In this document: positions 1 through 11,766 of the stretch, one piece after another
Layout: each line of letters starts with the position of its first letter
How positions within the stretch are numbered: position 1 is the first letter of the stretch
Source: Phoronis australis
Lineage: Eukaryota > Animalia > Phoronida
Assembly: GCA_002633005.1 (NCBI GenBank)
Contig: NMRA01000236.1
Span: forward strand, 345,532-409,531
Reading direction: 5' to 3'
Length of the DNA stretch: 64,000 nucleotides
Notes under the pieces: generated by a model
Database searches by the model: none
What the model was told of the DNA's origin: nothing
What the model saw: only the letters and a program-made list of their open reading frames with translations
Position numbers and translations under genes: made by a program

Positions 1-453
1 GGTAGCAATAGTAGAATGGGTGCGTGGCTACTGAAAGCCAATTCGGTTGTGGAGAGGCCCAACCAAGAGTAGCCTAAGCTCCAGGCTCTCTAGTTTTCAG
101 ATTCACCTCTAGGGGTATTAACGTACGGACCGCCCACTTTTTTAGTACCCCAGAATTCATTTATGGTAGTTTCTTCTAAAAAAGTGTTCTCTTCCGTTGG
201 AACTCGTGAGAAAAAGCTACACGCGTTTATACAAACTAACCCAGGGAAACATCTCTCTCAGCCACCGTGGATCATGTAGGTCTACCGTGCCAACGGGTCG
301 CTTTTCACCCCACTCTGTAAAAGGAGAGGTACTGTATTCTGATTTTCAAGGTGCGCGTTTAACGGACCGTCAAAAATAATGCAGCACGTGACCCCTATTT
401 AGTGCAGCTGCACCTCCAAAAGAGGTGTCACTTTGTGATACGTCTGCTCTTAC

Positions 454-3400
454 CGCCATGACGTCATCCTGTCCCGGACAGCAACAAGAGACACCTATCA
501 GGAACATGGACAAGTAAAGCTGTATGCCACCCAGAAGACTGGACACAATTAGTCCTGATGCCAAGAACTTCTTCCTTGGATCGTCTTTGTTGTCCAAATA
601 CTGGAATAGGTGTGTTATCAGTCGACTTCAAGAGGCACAAAACGCGGTTTAGCGTACTCTAAAGCATTTCACGTACCCGAACAAAACTGCATTACAAGTT
701 GCGTTTCTGGTACGAATTTACACGGCAACTTCTTTGTCAGTTGCTCTTGATGATTCAGCACCGACTAGAGGATTCCTCCAACTTGTTCATAACTTTCGAG
801 GATTGGCGACTTAACAGTATTAATTAATTTGTTTAAAAATCACACTGTATGTCGTGATCCTATTGTAGTTAATGCCAGCTGATAGACAAAACAGAATTTA
901 GCATCCTCCTAAAAATAAAAAAATGGGAACAAATTCTGTACGAGTCTTTAGATGTAGGAGTTTTAGTTATCTATCGCACGATTCTCCTATACCTCCAAAT
1001 AGTAAATTTGTATCATTTTTTTCAATACTTACGTCTGTGACTACATACCAGCCATACCAGCCACTAAATGTAGTTTGCATGCTACACGATATCAAAGCAA
1101 AGGTACCAAAAGAAAGAACTGCACATACCTGCAATTAATGAATAGCATGTCACTCACTACAGTTAATAACGTTTGATGGATAAACACTCTTAATAATTAG
1201 CGGCAATCTGATCTCGCTTCAGGAGTCAGTTGATGTAATAGATGACCCAGGCCATGAGTAAAGTACAAAACGTCAATGCTACAGGGTTCATAGTCAAACC
1301 CAATGACCAGAAAATATACCGGTACAATCGTCCGGTACTTCGTATCTCATGAGACACCTTCGGAGAAGATCCATAAAGGGTTAACACGACGAACTCGAAC
1401 AGAAAAGGACTTGATCACACACTGACGCCTACATCCGACCTGTAACCACTCAACTAGTGCAAAATGCGGGAAAAACAGTGTTCTACTGATTGATTACAAG
1501 GGAGACCAACCTGCCGCTAATATAGAGTTCTTCTGTTAAGGCTATTAGAAACGAATGGAACGTCGTTGTTGTCAACAAAACTTGTCTGGTGAAAAATTTA
1601 ATGTCTCAATACTCTGGTTTACAGTTTTGTGCGATTTTTATGCTTTCAATTAGTGTACATGTTTCCACTTAATTATTGTTATTTTCATCTCTCCGGAGTA
1701 TCATATGTCACTAAACATTTTGAGGTTTTGCTGAAGTTCTTCAATTCGAGACTAGCTGAAATACCTATTTGACCACAGTTAGCGCTTCTCTTTTCTCACA
1801 TCAAACTTGTCTCGAGTTATCGGGAAACCTTTTACCGTCATATACTAACTACAGAAACTCTCAACTTACATATTACTGAGAGAACGAGGACCTAAATTGA
1901 GAATTTGAAATCTTTAGTCTTTCCATTTCCTTTCTTTCGAAAAAAGAATAAAACATTAGCCATGTTTTAGTAAAAGCACGTTTTTGTTTTCAACATTCGA
2001 GCTTTGAAACGTAATGAAGAAGTGAAGACAATTTACCTGTTCAAAACGAACTTAAAAGCAAATATTGTTGATAAAGCTGAATTTCGCCGGTATTATAAGA
2101 ATTCTCAAAATTCCAGTTTGTGAACATTTTAAAACTAAAATCAAGCGGAGAAGTTACCAGGTTAGTACTTGTTGTGGCACAAGTGCAAGTTAAAAGAACA
2201 CGCGATTGGGCTGTTGGCTCGCTTAATGATACACTTCTGTGAAGTGGCATTCAAAAGAGTTCAAGAAAATATATTCTATGAACATAGATTAATATTATGT
2301 TTGACAAAAATCTTCAAATATGGCTAACTTCTGAGCATCATAACTCATTACTGATTGGATTCACTCTCCGAAACCTTGCTGCTTTTTGCTGCAGTATTCT
2401 CCAAAACGCTCCAAATGTTTCCAAATGACCCACTTTTTCATGCAGAACTATCATCGTATTGCATAACTTCTAAGATTTTGATGAAAAAATTTAAAAGTTG
2501 CTTAAAACGAAAGCGAAATCATATTTTCAAAAACTTTCAGCGAGTTTTTTTACATTTTGCCTTGAAAGTTAGTTACTAACAAATAAATTTGTTCATTAAA
2601 GTAGTTTCGATGCTTTGCTATTATTTTACATTTTTGCTAAATTATGCCAAAAGACATGGTCACGTGACCCAACTAGTGACAGGTTGGTATAAAGTCAAAG
2701 AATCAGTTTCTGGCACTAGCATTATATTTTAAGAAATACTTAATTGTACTTTTACGAAGTTAAATTCTTTTGTTTTATGGGAATTTGGCTAAATGAACAT
2801 CCCTTACCAATCCTTTCTGGTTATGCTTCACCGCCAGTACCTTCCTTAGACAGGTGATAGAGATCAATGCACATAACAGGTAGATAAACCCGCAATACAT
2901 CGGACTAGTGATGTAGGCTGCGTCAAATGATTGCGCCTGGTGAGTTACGTTTTTGGTGGAGTTTTTCAAACTCAACGCTTTATTTAAAAAATCTATCATT
3001 GTCTTGTTCATGTCAGTTTTGTTAATTGCCGCAGCCAACCTTGTAGTATAGTTCTTATCCGAAACCAGCTCCTTCAACCCTTTCAATAATTCCCCAAGAG
3101 ACGACAGATGGACACCTTTACCGGTCGCATTGAGTGCTGGTATTAATGAGGAACCTTTAGTCATGCTCGCAAGCGACCCTGTACCAGTTGAGTTTAACTT
3201 TTCTTCTATGGCTTCCAATAGTTCTTTATCACTTTTCCCGCTCTTCCCCAGGCCAAAAGCAGTTGCCATGGTTTCTTCAATAGCTTGCAGTCCAGTCAGT
3301 GACGTAATGGGAGGAACTAAAAAGAAAATAGCTAATCATGTTCTTCAATCAACTTTAAATCATCTCGGTGAGATGTGAACGTATACAGATTTCGTACGCC

Positions 3401-4705
3401 AGATGTGAAAAAAGAAGTTGCTACTCAAGGCAATTTTTGTACCAGATGTTGCCTTTGTTTTGTCCCGCCTGCTGTGGGATAAAATGATTTTTATCTCCTT
3501 TGTAAATCTAAAACTCCTGTACTATAATCAAGAGTAGCTACTGTCAGCGTATAGCCACACAATGCTTCTTGTGATTTCGCACCGCCATATTTACGATTTC
3601 TGTTACGAATATCTGGAATAATGGAAACTAGTGAGTAGAAGCACTTAAGAATTTTTTTTTCCACAATTCTACATAATGGTCACGTTGACATAGACAGTTT
3701 TAAGGGGTGGCTATGAGGCGATTGCCATGACCGCGTCTTTCAGCGTCGGACCCATAAACATCCGGAGTCTCAGATCAGGTGACAATACCAAAACCCGGTA
3801 CAAATTCCATGGCCGCACACAACTCCTCAGACGCGCCGGATACTTGTGGAGTTATTTCAGTCGCGCCAATACACGCCGATGTTTCTGAACTAGAAGATAA
3901 TGTTATTTCAGTTGCAACAAATATATCCAGATAGCTCTAGATTAACTTATTTGGTAGATAGTGAATATTTCATTTCATATCCGGAGGCCAAATTCGATAA
4001 CATCCGATCGGAGACCAAACTCCTAAATGACATGCTTCAAGATTTGCTCACCCTGACCCAGGTCGGGGTAAGAACTGACCTCGGTCCCCGAGTCCGGATT
4101 GGTCATCGCCGGGTAGGTATGCATTTTCGGCGTGAGTGCGGCCGCATGCGCGCACCCAGCCTTTAATATAGAGGGGGGCTCGAATTTCCGACGATGTGAA
4201 TCTTTTACCGACAAAAAAGTCGAAGGACTAAGAAAAAAAAACGGGTTACCACGTCCAGAGCTGTGAATTGTGCGTTTGTGCCTTTTTAGTGGACTTTTTG
4301 TCTCGTTTTCTCGGAATTTTTGTTTCTCTGAGGCGGACCTTTTTGTCCACTTCGCCAAATGGGGGGCTCGTTCGAGCCCCCCTGCCGGGGTGCGCGCATG
4401 GGCCGGGATGTGGGTAAGGTGGGTTTGGTGTTTGCAAGTCCGAACTGGGGTTTATAGGATCGTAGCTGGAATTCAGAGGCTCGGCCATTGAATCGTTTCA
4501 ACACCCTGGTGTTGCGTTCTGAGAGTACGATACAAGTCGTTTTGGGTGCGATATTTCCAATACTCACCTGATGTTTCGATGTCTCTATTGAGAAAATAAT
4601 AAATAGTAAGAGCCGTACCCAACAGCACGGACAAGGTCCCGAAGATCAACTGTAGTAAAGTTATACGGGTCGAACGGACAAACGGAGTCGCGGGGTGACG
4701 AGATT
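454..4705 (-). CDS. CD20/MS4A-like tetraspan membrane protein (partial, spliced)
   Basis: Phase-compatible GT-AG exons 4705-4568 (TM1 LLQLIFGTLSVLLGTALTIYY), 3316-2808 (long loop plus TM2 SPMYCGFIYLLCALISI), 1128-1033 (TM3 VCAVLSFGTFALISC), 600-454 (TM4 GLIVSSLLGGIQLYLSMFLIGVSCCC). The Q-x-x-x-G in TM1, P-x-x-x-G before TM2 and Cys cluster after TM4 resemble the CD20-like family. First and last exons not resolved. Confidence 0.65.
4145..4400. mobile_element. MITE with CATGCGCGCACCC TIRs and 5-bp TSD (GGCCG)
   Basis: TIRs catgcgcgcaccc/gggtgcgcgcatg, ggccg on both flanks. Related copies at ~15131-15360, ~46143-46300, ~56414-56561 and 62224-62477. Confidence 0.85.
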
Positions 4706-7700
4706 CTGAAGCAGAATATATAACAATGAATTAATTTCACTTTTATGCAAATGACTAATCGTCACCAACACTTAGGCGATATTGCTGGCGTTTCCGCACC
4801 AGTAACGAAAACGCCAATCTCGAGCAGCAGCATGTGTCACTTTTGCTCTAGTGACGTGGTTTCAATTACTGACCCCAAAACTGCTGACGTTTTCGCTAGC
4901 ACGTTTGAAGCTAGGCCGCTTTCAAGACACAATCGCATGATCGAAATGGACCGTTGCAGTCAGTCACTGTAGTCGAACCATTGACTTTTGAATCTAACCC
5001 GGCGGTACTATATGGTGGCACTCGACAGTTTTTGCTGATTTTGAAAACAAAGCCAAGGCTGGGCAGCTCCACCTCTCGGTTCAACAGGGTAAACAACACC
5101 AGCACATCTTACACAAAAACCATTGAAACCGTTGCAAAATTCAGTTTTCATCCTTTACAAGTGAATCCAAAACTTGAAAACCCATAAAAACACACTAAAA
5201 TCACCATTTGCGTGGGATTACTGTGCACAGAGAGACAAAAGGTTGGTGCATGTCGACCAGTCAGATTTTTTACAAAGCTGTCTGAAAAGCACTTTAGTTT
5301 CCTCCTAAATTCTAATTGCCTGCCTGCAAGCAGCAAACGTTTAAGACAGTTAGGTCTCGACTGAGCAATAAGTGGGACAGTGGGTCAACATGTCGTGGAA
5401 ATCTACACTACGGAGTCCACTCAAAATAGTTCAGAAAAGGAATAATTTAAGTGAAAGGGAAGCAGAAAGTTACCCAAGCAGAAATAATGGTCGCTTGTCA
5501 TTGCTTTTGATGCCCGATATTACAAGACGGCACGTTTTTTTGTCTGGGTAGACTTTCGTAGACGTTAGGATCCTGGCTAAAATTGAGCTAATGTAAACCA
5601 TGGCAATATCTTGCAAAGCCTTTCGCGTTCTTGTTTCCCCCGTAAGAACCTAGGTGTGCAGAACGATCGCATGATTACATGTGGAGATAATGTCCTTATT
5701 GGCATACAGAAGTTAATGCGTGTCAGTATACCGAAAGGATGTGAAGCATAAGCGGACCGGCTGGACCCTTCCCACTCCCTATGGACACGAACAAATAAAA
5801 GCTACGTCGGCATGTCGGTTTTTAACACCAACGCGAACGATCATCCTTTAATATTAGAGGTTGGGTTGTATCATTACGTTGTCCCAAATCCACCTGTATA
5901 ATTGGGAAGTTTATGCACGCGTTTAAGCTTAATATATTCACCTAGAGAAGTCCAAAGATTGAATAGAAGAAACTGGACAAACTCGCAGGTACCCGAGCAC
6001 TGAAGTTAAACTACTTCAATCCGCTATATTGAAAAAAATGTCGAGGGCACAGTTACCGCCGATAAGTTCAATTTCAAACCATTACCTTGCGATGGGCGCA
6101 TCTCTATCGATCAGCATGGTCTAGTTATTGAACGAAGATTCGAAGAGACAATTCCCGTTATCTGACGCGACAAGCGCCAACGACTAAGTTTAACTTTAAG
6201 AGTGAAAGCTGGTTTCCAATACACAGACGATTCATCCGGCCAAGCACAAAGCCGTCGTTAAAGACCACATGCACTTTTCACCAGTAAAGTTGAACTTAAT
6301 TTGGGTTTCTTTTGCTCTCACGTCTTGCTTAAAACAATCAGGAATGACGTAGTCATCTGTGACGTACATTGCGTGATACCAAATTAGTTGTTTTAAATTG
6401 TTTGAAATGCCGATAAGTCTACATTCCACAGTGTACGGTATTAGTGACTGGCGCAAAGAGGCCTTGGAATTGATTTCGTCAACTTTAGAAACGCTGCGTA
6501 ATCCAAATACTTGCGAACAGGTAAAGGCTTTCTCAGCAAGTACCCGCTTTCTGGGGTCAACAACTAAGATTGAACTCTTCAACGTTCGAAACACTACGCT
6601 GGGTTTTTATATTAGTAGTTGGATGTTATATTTTGATTTTCCCGAATTCACTGCAATACTGTTTACATGTTATATGTAATGTATTCTAAAGGTTGGCGTG
6701 CGAATTGATCATAACGGAAGAAAAGACATCTTTCAAGAAACACAAAGGTAACGAAAATTATCAAAGTTAGCTCCCACCAGTTTTAAATATTGCTGCCGAT
6801 GTTGACCACCACGTTTTAATAAACAAATACTGATTACAAAACGGTAATGGGTCGCATTATTTTTTAATATTTTGGTAGCAAAATTAATCGTAGTACTGAT
6901 GATTTTTCAGAACGTCAATTTCTTTATAAATAATAATTTAAGAAGCAAAAAGGAAGACGACATTTTGGATCACCCTGTATAATAGCAACACAATATGATT
7001 GTGACGTGTAAAGTGGCACCTGGCAGGGGCGGGGGAAACTGCGGCGTGAAGGGAGAGTCGTTTTCTCATTTTTCGTGGTTATTATCATTGATAAATCATC
7101 GTAAGCCGTGTTGGTTCAAAAAGGTAGAATTTACATCATATGCGAATCAAAATCAAATTTATGTTTTTGTTCTCGTTACTAGTAAACTCTGACAGATTCA
7201 TAAACCTCAAACTTGAATTATAAATGAAATAAGGGTTGCGATATTTTGTCAATTCCGGTAGAAGCAATCCTTCAATTTAATTCTTGTCATGGGTTTAGTG
7301 TGTGAAAGTTGAAATCCTATCTCTCTGTATTAAAGACTAAAAACAAAGGTTCCAAAACCAAAACATGAACCACAACAAACGTATTTTTTTGCAAACAGAG
7401 ATGGCGCTGTAGCGCTTATATTAGCATCTTACGAAAGGCCATCCACTAAGATTTCAAAAGAAGAATACTGGATAATTAGAAGATGGATGTATCAATTTAT
7501 GAATTCGTGTCAGTTTCAGTGATCAAGGATGGTCGCCCAAGTTTTTACATTCTGTTTCGTAATGATTCGAGCATTTCCAACAGGTCTCAGCGAATTCGGT
7601 CTCTAAGAATACGTCGTGGTGGACACGACAGTAATTACTTTAAAAACACTTAAGACTACTCGTAGCATTGAGGAAACGGTGGCTCTACTCAATTTTACAA

Positions 7701-7948
7701 ATTCCAGTTGAAAGTTTCTAAATGAAGACTAAGCAACGCTCCGGCAAAATCTGTTCCTCTGCCCAGAGAAAATGTGACCCCCGCACTCATAAAAATCGTA
7801 ATCTAGTACAAAAATTTCGTGGGTTTTTTTCTATAGATGTGATATTTTAGGTTCAAAATGTCTCTTAGGCACCCGTTATTTAATCCGTCTGATTTTAAGG
7901 TCACCTTCATATGAGAAACTGATTACGTTAGTCGAGCGACTGAGCATC

Positions 7949-8914
7949 ATGATTAAAACAAGTTTACGGCGAGACGATCTCAGAACGACAGAGATCAAGC
8001 TTCAGGAGTTGGACGAACAGCTAAATAAGCTAATTGGAAAGTCAGGTCAGCAAAGTCCTAGAGAGATGGACGATCCAGATAAAGTCGAATTAAAGGAACC
8101 AAAACGCCAAGTCTTGCGTAAACAAAACTCGTTTAAGGAAGAAAACAAAGGCTTAGGGGGTCAGCATGCTTCCATAAGGCCAACCACTGCTCACCACAAG
8201 AAGGTGAGATGCCCCAGAAATGCAAAGGTGAGGAGGAAGAAGCTTTCCCGACATACTCTAACCGATGATGACGTAGTTCCCACGTTTAGCAAAGAAAGTA
8301 AAACTGAACACACAAGCACTGCTAATGACGACGTCGACAGTGCGGTAGACTATTATTCCATTCACGAAGAGACTGAATCCAATTTGTCGAAGGAATATGA
8401 ACAGGTAAAAGAATCGCAAGGGTTGTACAACGAGCTTAAGGGCAACGGTGCAAAGGAATGCCCGCCCACCATCAAATCACCGAGTAGTGCACCGAGAAAG
8501 GTGACAACAGCATGGGCCGAGTGTGCGTACAACACCAATAACAACAATAATAGTGACAACGATGACAGAGAGTGTCTACGACCCAAGCCACAGAGTGTTG
8601 CAGAGGAAGAGCGCGATATTAAAAAGTTGGTGAGAAGAAGGAGAAAGAATCAGGTGGTTGTCAAACGTGAAAACGAATACAAGATGTCTAACAGAACCAC
8701 AAAAGATTACGTCACTGCCAAAATGCCCTACGTGTTTCGTCGTAACGGTGTTAGGAGTCACAGCGAGATGTACAACGTAGAGTCGGCCAATTACGTGTCT
8801 ATCAGCCAAGAAACCCCAGCTATGGCGATCATTAACTTCATCGGCATGTTTATGATCATCGCCGGGCTCGTCATGTTTTTCGTATCCTTGTACATTTATC
8901 TTTTCCTTTTGTAA
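7949..8914 (+). CDS. Uncharacterised 321-aa protein with a single C-terminal TM (tail-anchored-like)
   Basis: Long uninterrupted ORF in AT-rich DNA. Charged low-complexity body with N-terminal coiled-coil-like segment, terminal hydrophobic stretch IINFIGMFMIIAGLVMFFVSLYIYLFLL, AATAAA at ~9060. Confidence 0.7.
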   Translation: MIKTSLRRDDLRTTEIKLQELDEQLNKLIGKSGQQSPREMDDPDKVELKEPKRQVLRKQNSFKEENKGLGGQHASIRPTTAHHKKVRCPRNAKVRRKKLSRHTLTDDDVVPTFSKESKTEHTSTANDDVDSAVDYYSIHEETESNLSKEYEQVKESQGLYNELKGNGAKECPPTIKSPSSAPRKVTTAWAECAYNTNNNNNSDNDDRECLRPKPQSVAEEERDIKKLVRRRRKNQVVVKRENEYKMSNRTTKDYVTAKMPYVFRRNGVRSHSEMYNVESANYVSISQETPAMAIINFIGMFMIIAGLVMFFVSLYIYLFLL

Positions 8915-10495
8915 AAACGGAAACAATTTCATTCCTCGTACGTGTCATAAATGCCCAAGTCTTTCAAGGCACCACCATGCAGGTTTGCAATTTAGAAACG
9001 CGCTTTATCACAACAGTCACTCAAGTACGTTCAGCAAGAACTACCCAAAAACTCTGCTCAATAAATGTAGAACACCGCGGCATTACATTTACAGTGGTAA
9101 CGAGTAACGGCTTAGACATCAAATAACGTCATCACATTCTGATAATGCTGACCAAGCGCAAGAAGACTCTCAACGACTTGAATTTACATATTTTCTGATT
9201 ATTTCACACTTTTACTTATCACGTAACATTACTTTTATCAATCCAAATATCAAAACCGAAAGCAAAACTAATTAGTGAATTTATGAAATGTACACAATGT
9301 GTGTTTTCATTATTTGATGTCGAGTTTATAGAAATATGCGTACCGCTCAAGTATTACGTGACCACTACTGCTCTGTCATCCGGGCCGAGTTCCGTAGAGC
9401 GAAAGCTTTTAATTGCGGTGAAAAATTTCCGCATATGGAACGTAAGCAGTTAATTCAGTCCCACGTATGAACACCTCAACCTCCTTTACCCCGCCAATCA
9501 AACACTTCAGTGGCTGCAGTCTCGCTCATGAACAGTGCGCGCGCGCATTACAGGGAAATTTTATGCAGCAATTTTGGGATTACTGATGAAGTTTGATAAG
9601 AACTATAAAACAAAATATCCGTTGTTTTTATGACTTTATTACGAAATGACAATTCTCGCCGGTGCCTAGCAGACATTTGCTGAAATCAATACCTGTGCTA
9701 TTCACCATTTAGTACGTTTAAAATACTTCATTAATTAATCAAAGGGTCAGGCAGAGCATTCGGCTACAACCACGGAGATAGCGGCTTCGATTCCACACAA
9801 CTGATAACGCCCAGAATGTCCCATTTATTTGCGTGAAAGGATATAATCACAACAGACAAAGCAAGGCAGCATGGAGTTTGCCTCATATTCGCTAACAATT
9901 ATGGTACACGTGGCTCATTTCCTGTGAATGTGCGACAGCCAGGACAATGATTCAGCACACCCTCACAACAACTACAAGTACACTGATGACTTGCAAAGCT
10001 TGCAAAAGTACACTGAGCTGTTTTAAAAACATTCTAATTTGGTGTTTTAGCTTGGTGTCTTAAAAACAATACAAAATAATCCTGTAAATAACTGCTTTAG
10101 GCCAAAACAAAAAATAATTCAACACAAAACACTAAAATCAAGGACAAACATTTCAAGTTCTTGAACAGCCACAATTTTGATCACAAACCCATACACAACA
10201 CTCATTAGTTAGTCGTCATAGTCGCTAACGTTACCTTTGTCAAAAAAAAAAAACGCGAGGAGAGCACAACAAGAACAGTTATCACTAGAGTAAATCAGTC
10301 TTATCGAGATATTCGACTAAAGCAGAGAGCGAGTGAGAATGGAGATGTTTCAGGAACGGTTTAGACATGACCGGAATGACTGAGCTACGATGGTCATAAG
10401 GCAAAATCTGATTGGAAAGTGAATCAACGGCTACTTCCTCCGGTAGTGCACTAGCTGAGAAAAACATGAACTTGTGTCCAATGATAGAAAATTTA

Positions 10496-10800
10496 AATAG
10501 GGCCGTCCCGGATTTCACAGCTACACTCGAACCTCGCTGTATTAATCAACAATGCCGTAAACATCCGTCAGGCACATTTCTTTGGTTTTCTTGCTTTGGA
10601 ATTTCAACATCTGAAATTAAAATTGTTGTTGTCCGATTCTTTACACGTTTTTCTCGGTTGCATTACTATTCGTCCTTCCAATGGTAATAAATTAGGCCTA
10701 TTACAGCTGTGCTGTGGGCTGCAACTCCAACATGAGAAATATTGATAAACTGGACGAATACACGTGGATGCGTCGCGGTGTATTCCGGGACGGCCCTATT
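10496..10800. mobile_element. ~305-bp MITE, 17-bp TIR AATAGGGCCGTCCCGGA
   Basis: aatagggccgtcccgga at 10496 and tccgggacggccctatt ending at 10800. Confidence 0.7.
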
Positions 10801-11766
10801 GTCTTGCATTAGGGACGTTTTTGGCTACGACACACACATCAATCTGCTCATTCCGGTGCACCAAGGTTTGCGGGACAGGCTCCAACATTCTGAGAGCTAC
10901 CTAGGCGTGACGGAGAGGGTTAAGAGAGCCCCCGGAACACGTACGACACCCTGACATTTGCACAACGTTTAGGTGTGCCCTATCACGTAATTTGACATTG
11001 CAAAACGAGCCAGTTCAGCAAATTCTTGTTTGAACTGTATTTGTGCACTTTTCGTCCATAATTTACACACTGTTTGTGATAAAAATGGACTACAGTCATG
11101 TCATGCCAGGCGCCAACTTATGTACAGTAATTTTCAAAATATACTGGGCAACATCAAAGTTCGACAACTGAAGGTTTTGATGTACAATACCACATATAAT
11201 TTTTTACATTTTATTAAATCTTGACAGGTGTTGGTCTATCCATGTAGTCAAAATACCAATAACTTAATGTGCAAGTCTATAACATTAATAGCAATGAGTG
11301 GCTAAGCTCAATGTCATATTAAAATCCGTTGAAAAGTTCGACACAAACACTAAAAGTTCGACTAAACTACCAAATAATTTTGGCAAGATGTTCATCAAAG
11401 TTTGGTAAGAGTTCTGTCGACATCTGCCTACTTTATTTTGAGAACTGCTGCACTGGGCAACCCTCTGTCAGGGTCGGGATACCATGGCGAAGTGACACGC
11501 ATTTTGCTTGCAGTGTTCATATGCACTTCATAACTTATTCACATTCACAGACATTTACTTTCATTCCCCATCAGTTTATTTATTGCCACAATGAGTTTCG
11601 CACTGCCCAATGCATGTCACTTAACCATGCAAGTCTCAGGGTGGTTTAAAAGTAAATACAGTCTTCACTGATAACAGTGGGAAGTTAAATCTAAGTCAAG
11701 GAACGTCAAACGAATTAGTCAGTTTTGACTAAGAACACCTCAATACAGGACAAAAAATATACAAGG

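Noticed and set aside
1232-1357. Hydrophobic minus-strand frame (YIFWSLGLTMNPVALTFCTLLMAWVIYYIN*) as TM3 exon
   Set aside because: Ends in a stop with no good donor. Exon 1128-1033 has strong splice sites and the correct phase.
4023-4567. Cluster of overlapping 70-110 aa ORFs
   Set aside because: They span a GC-rich MITE repeated elsewhere in the window and show no protein motifs.
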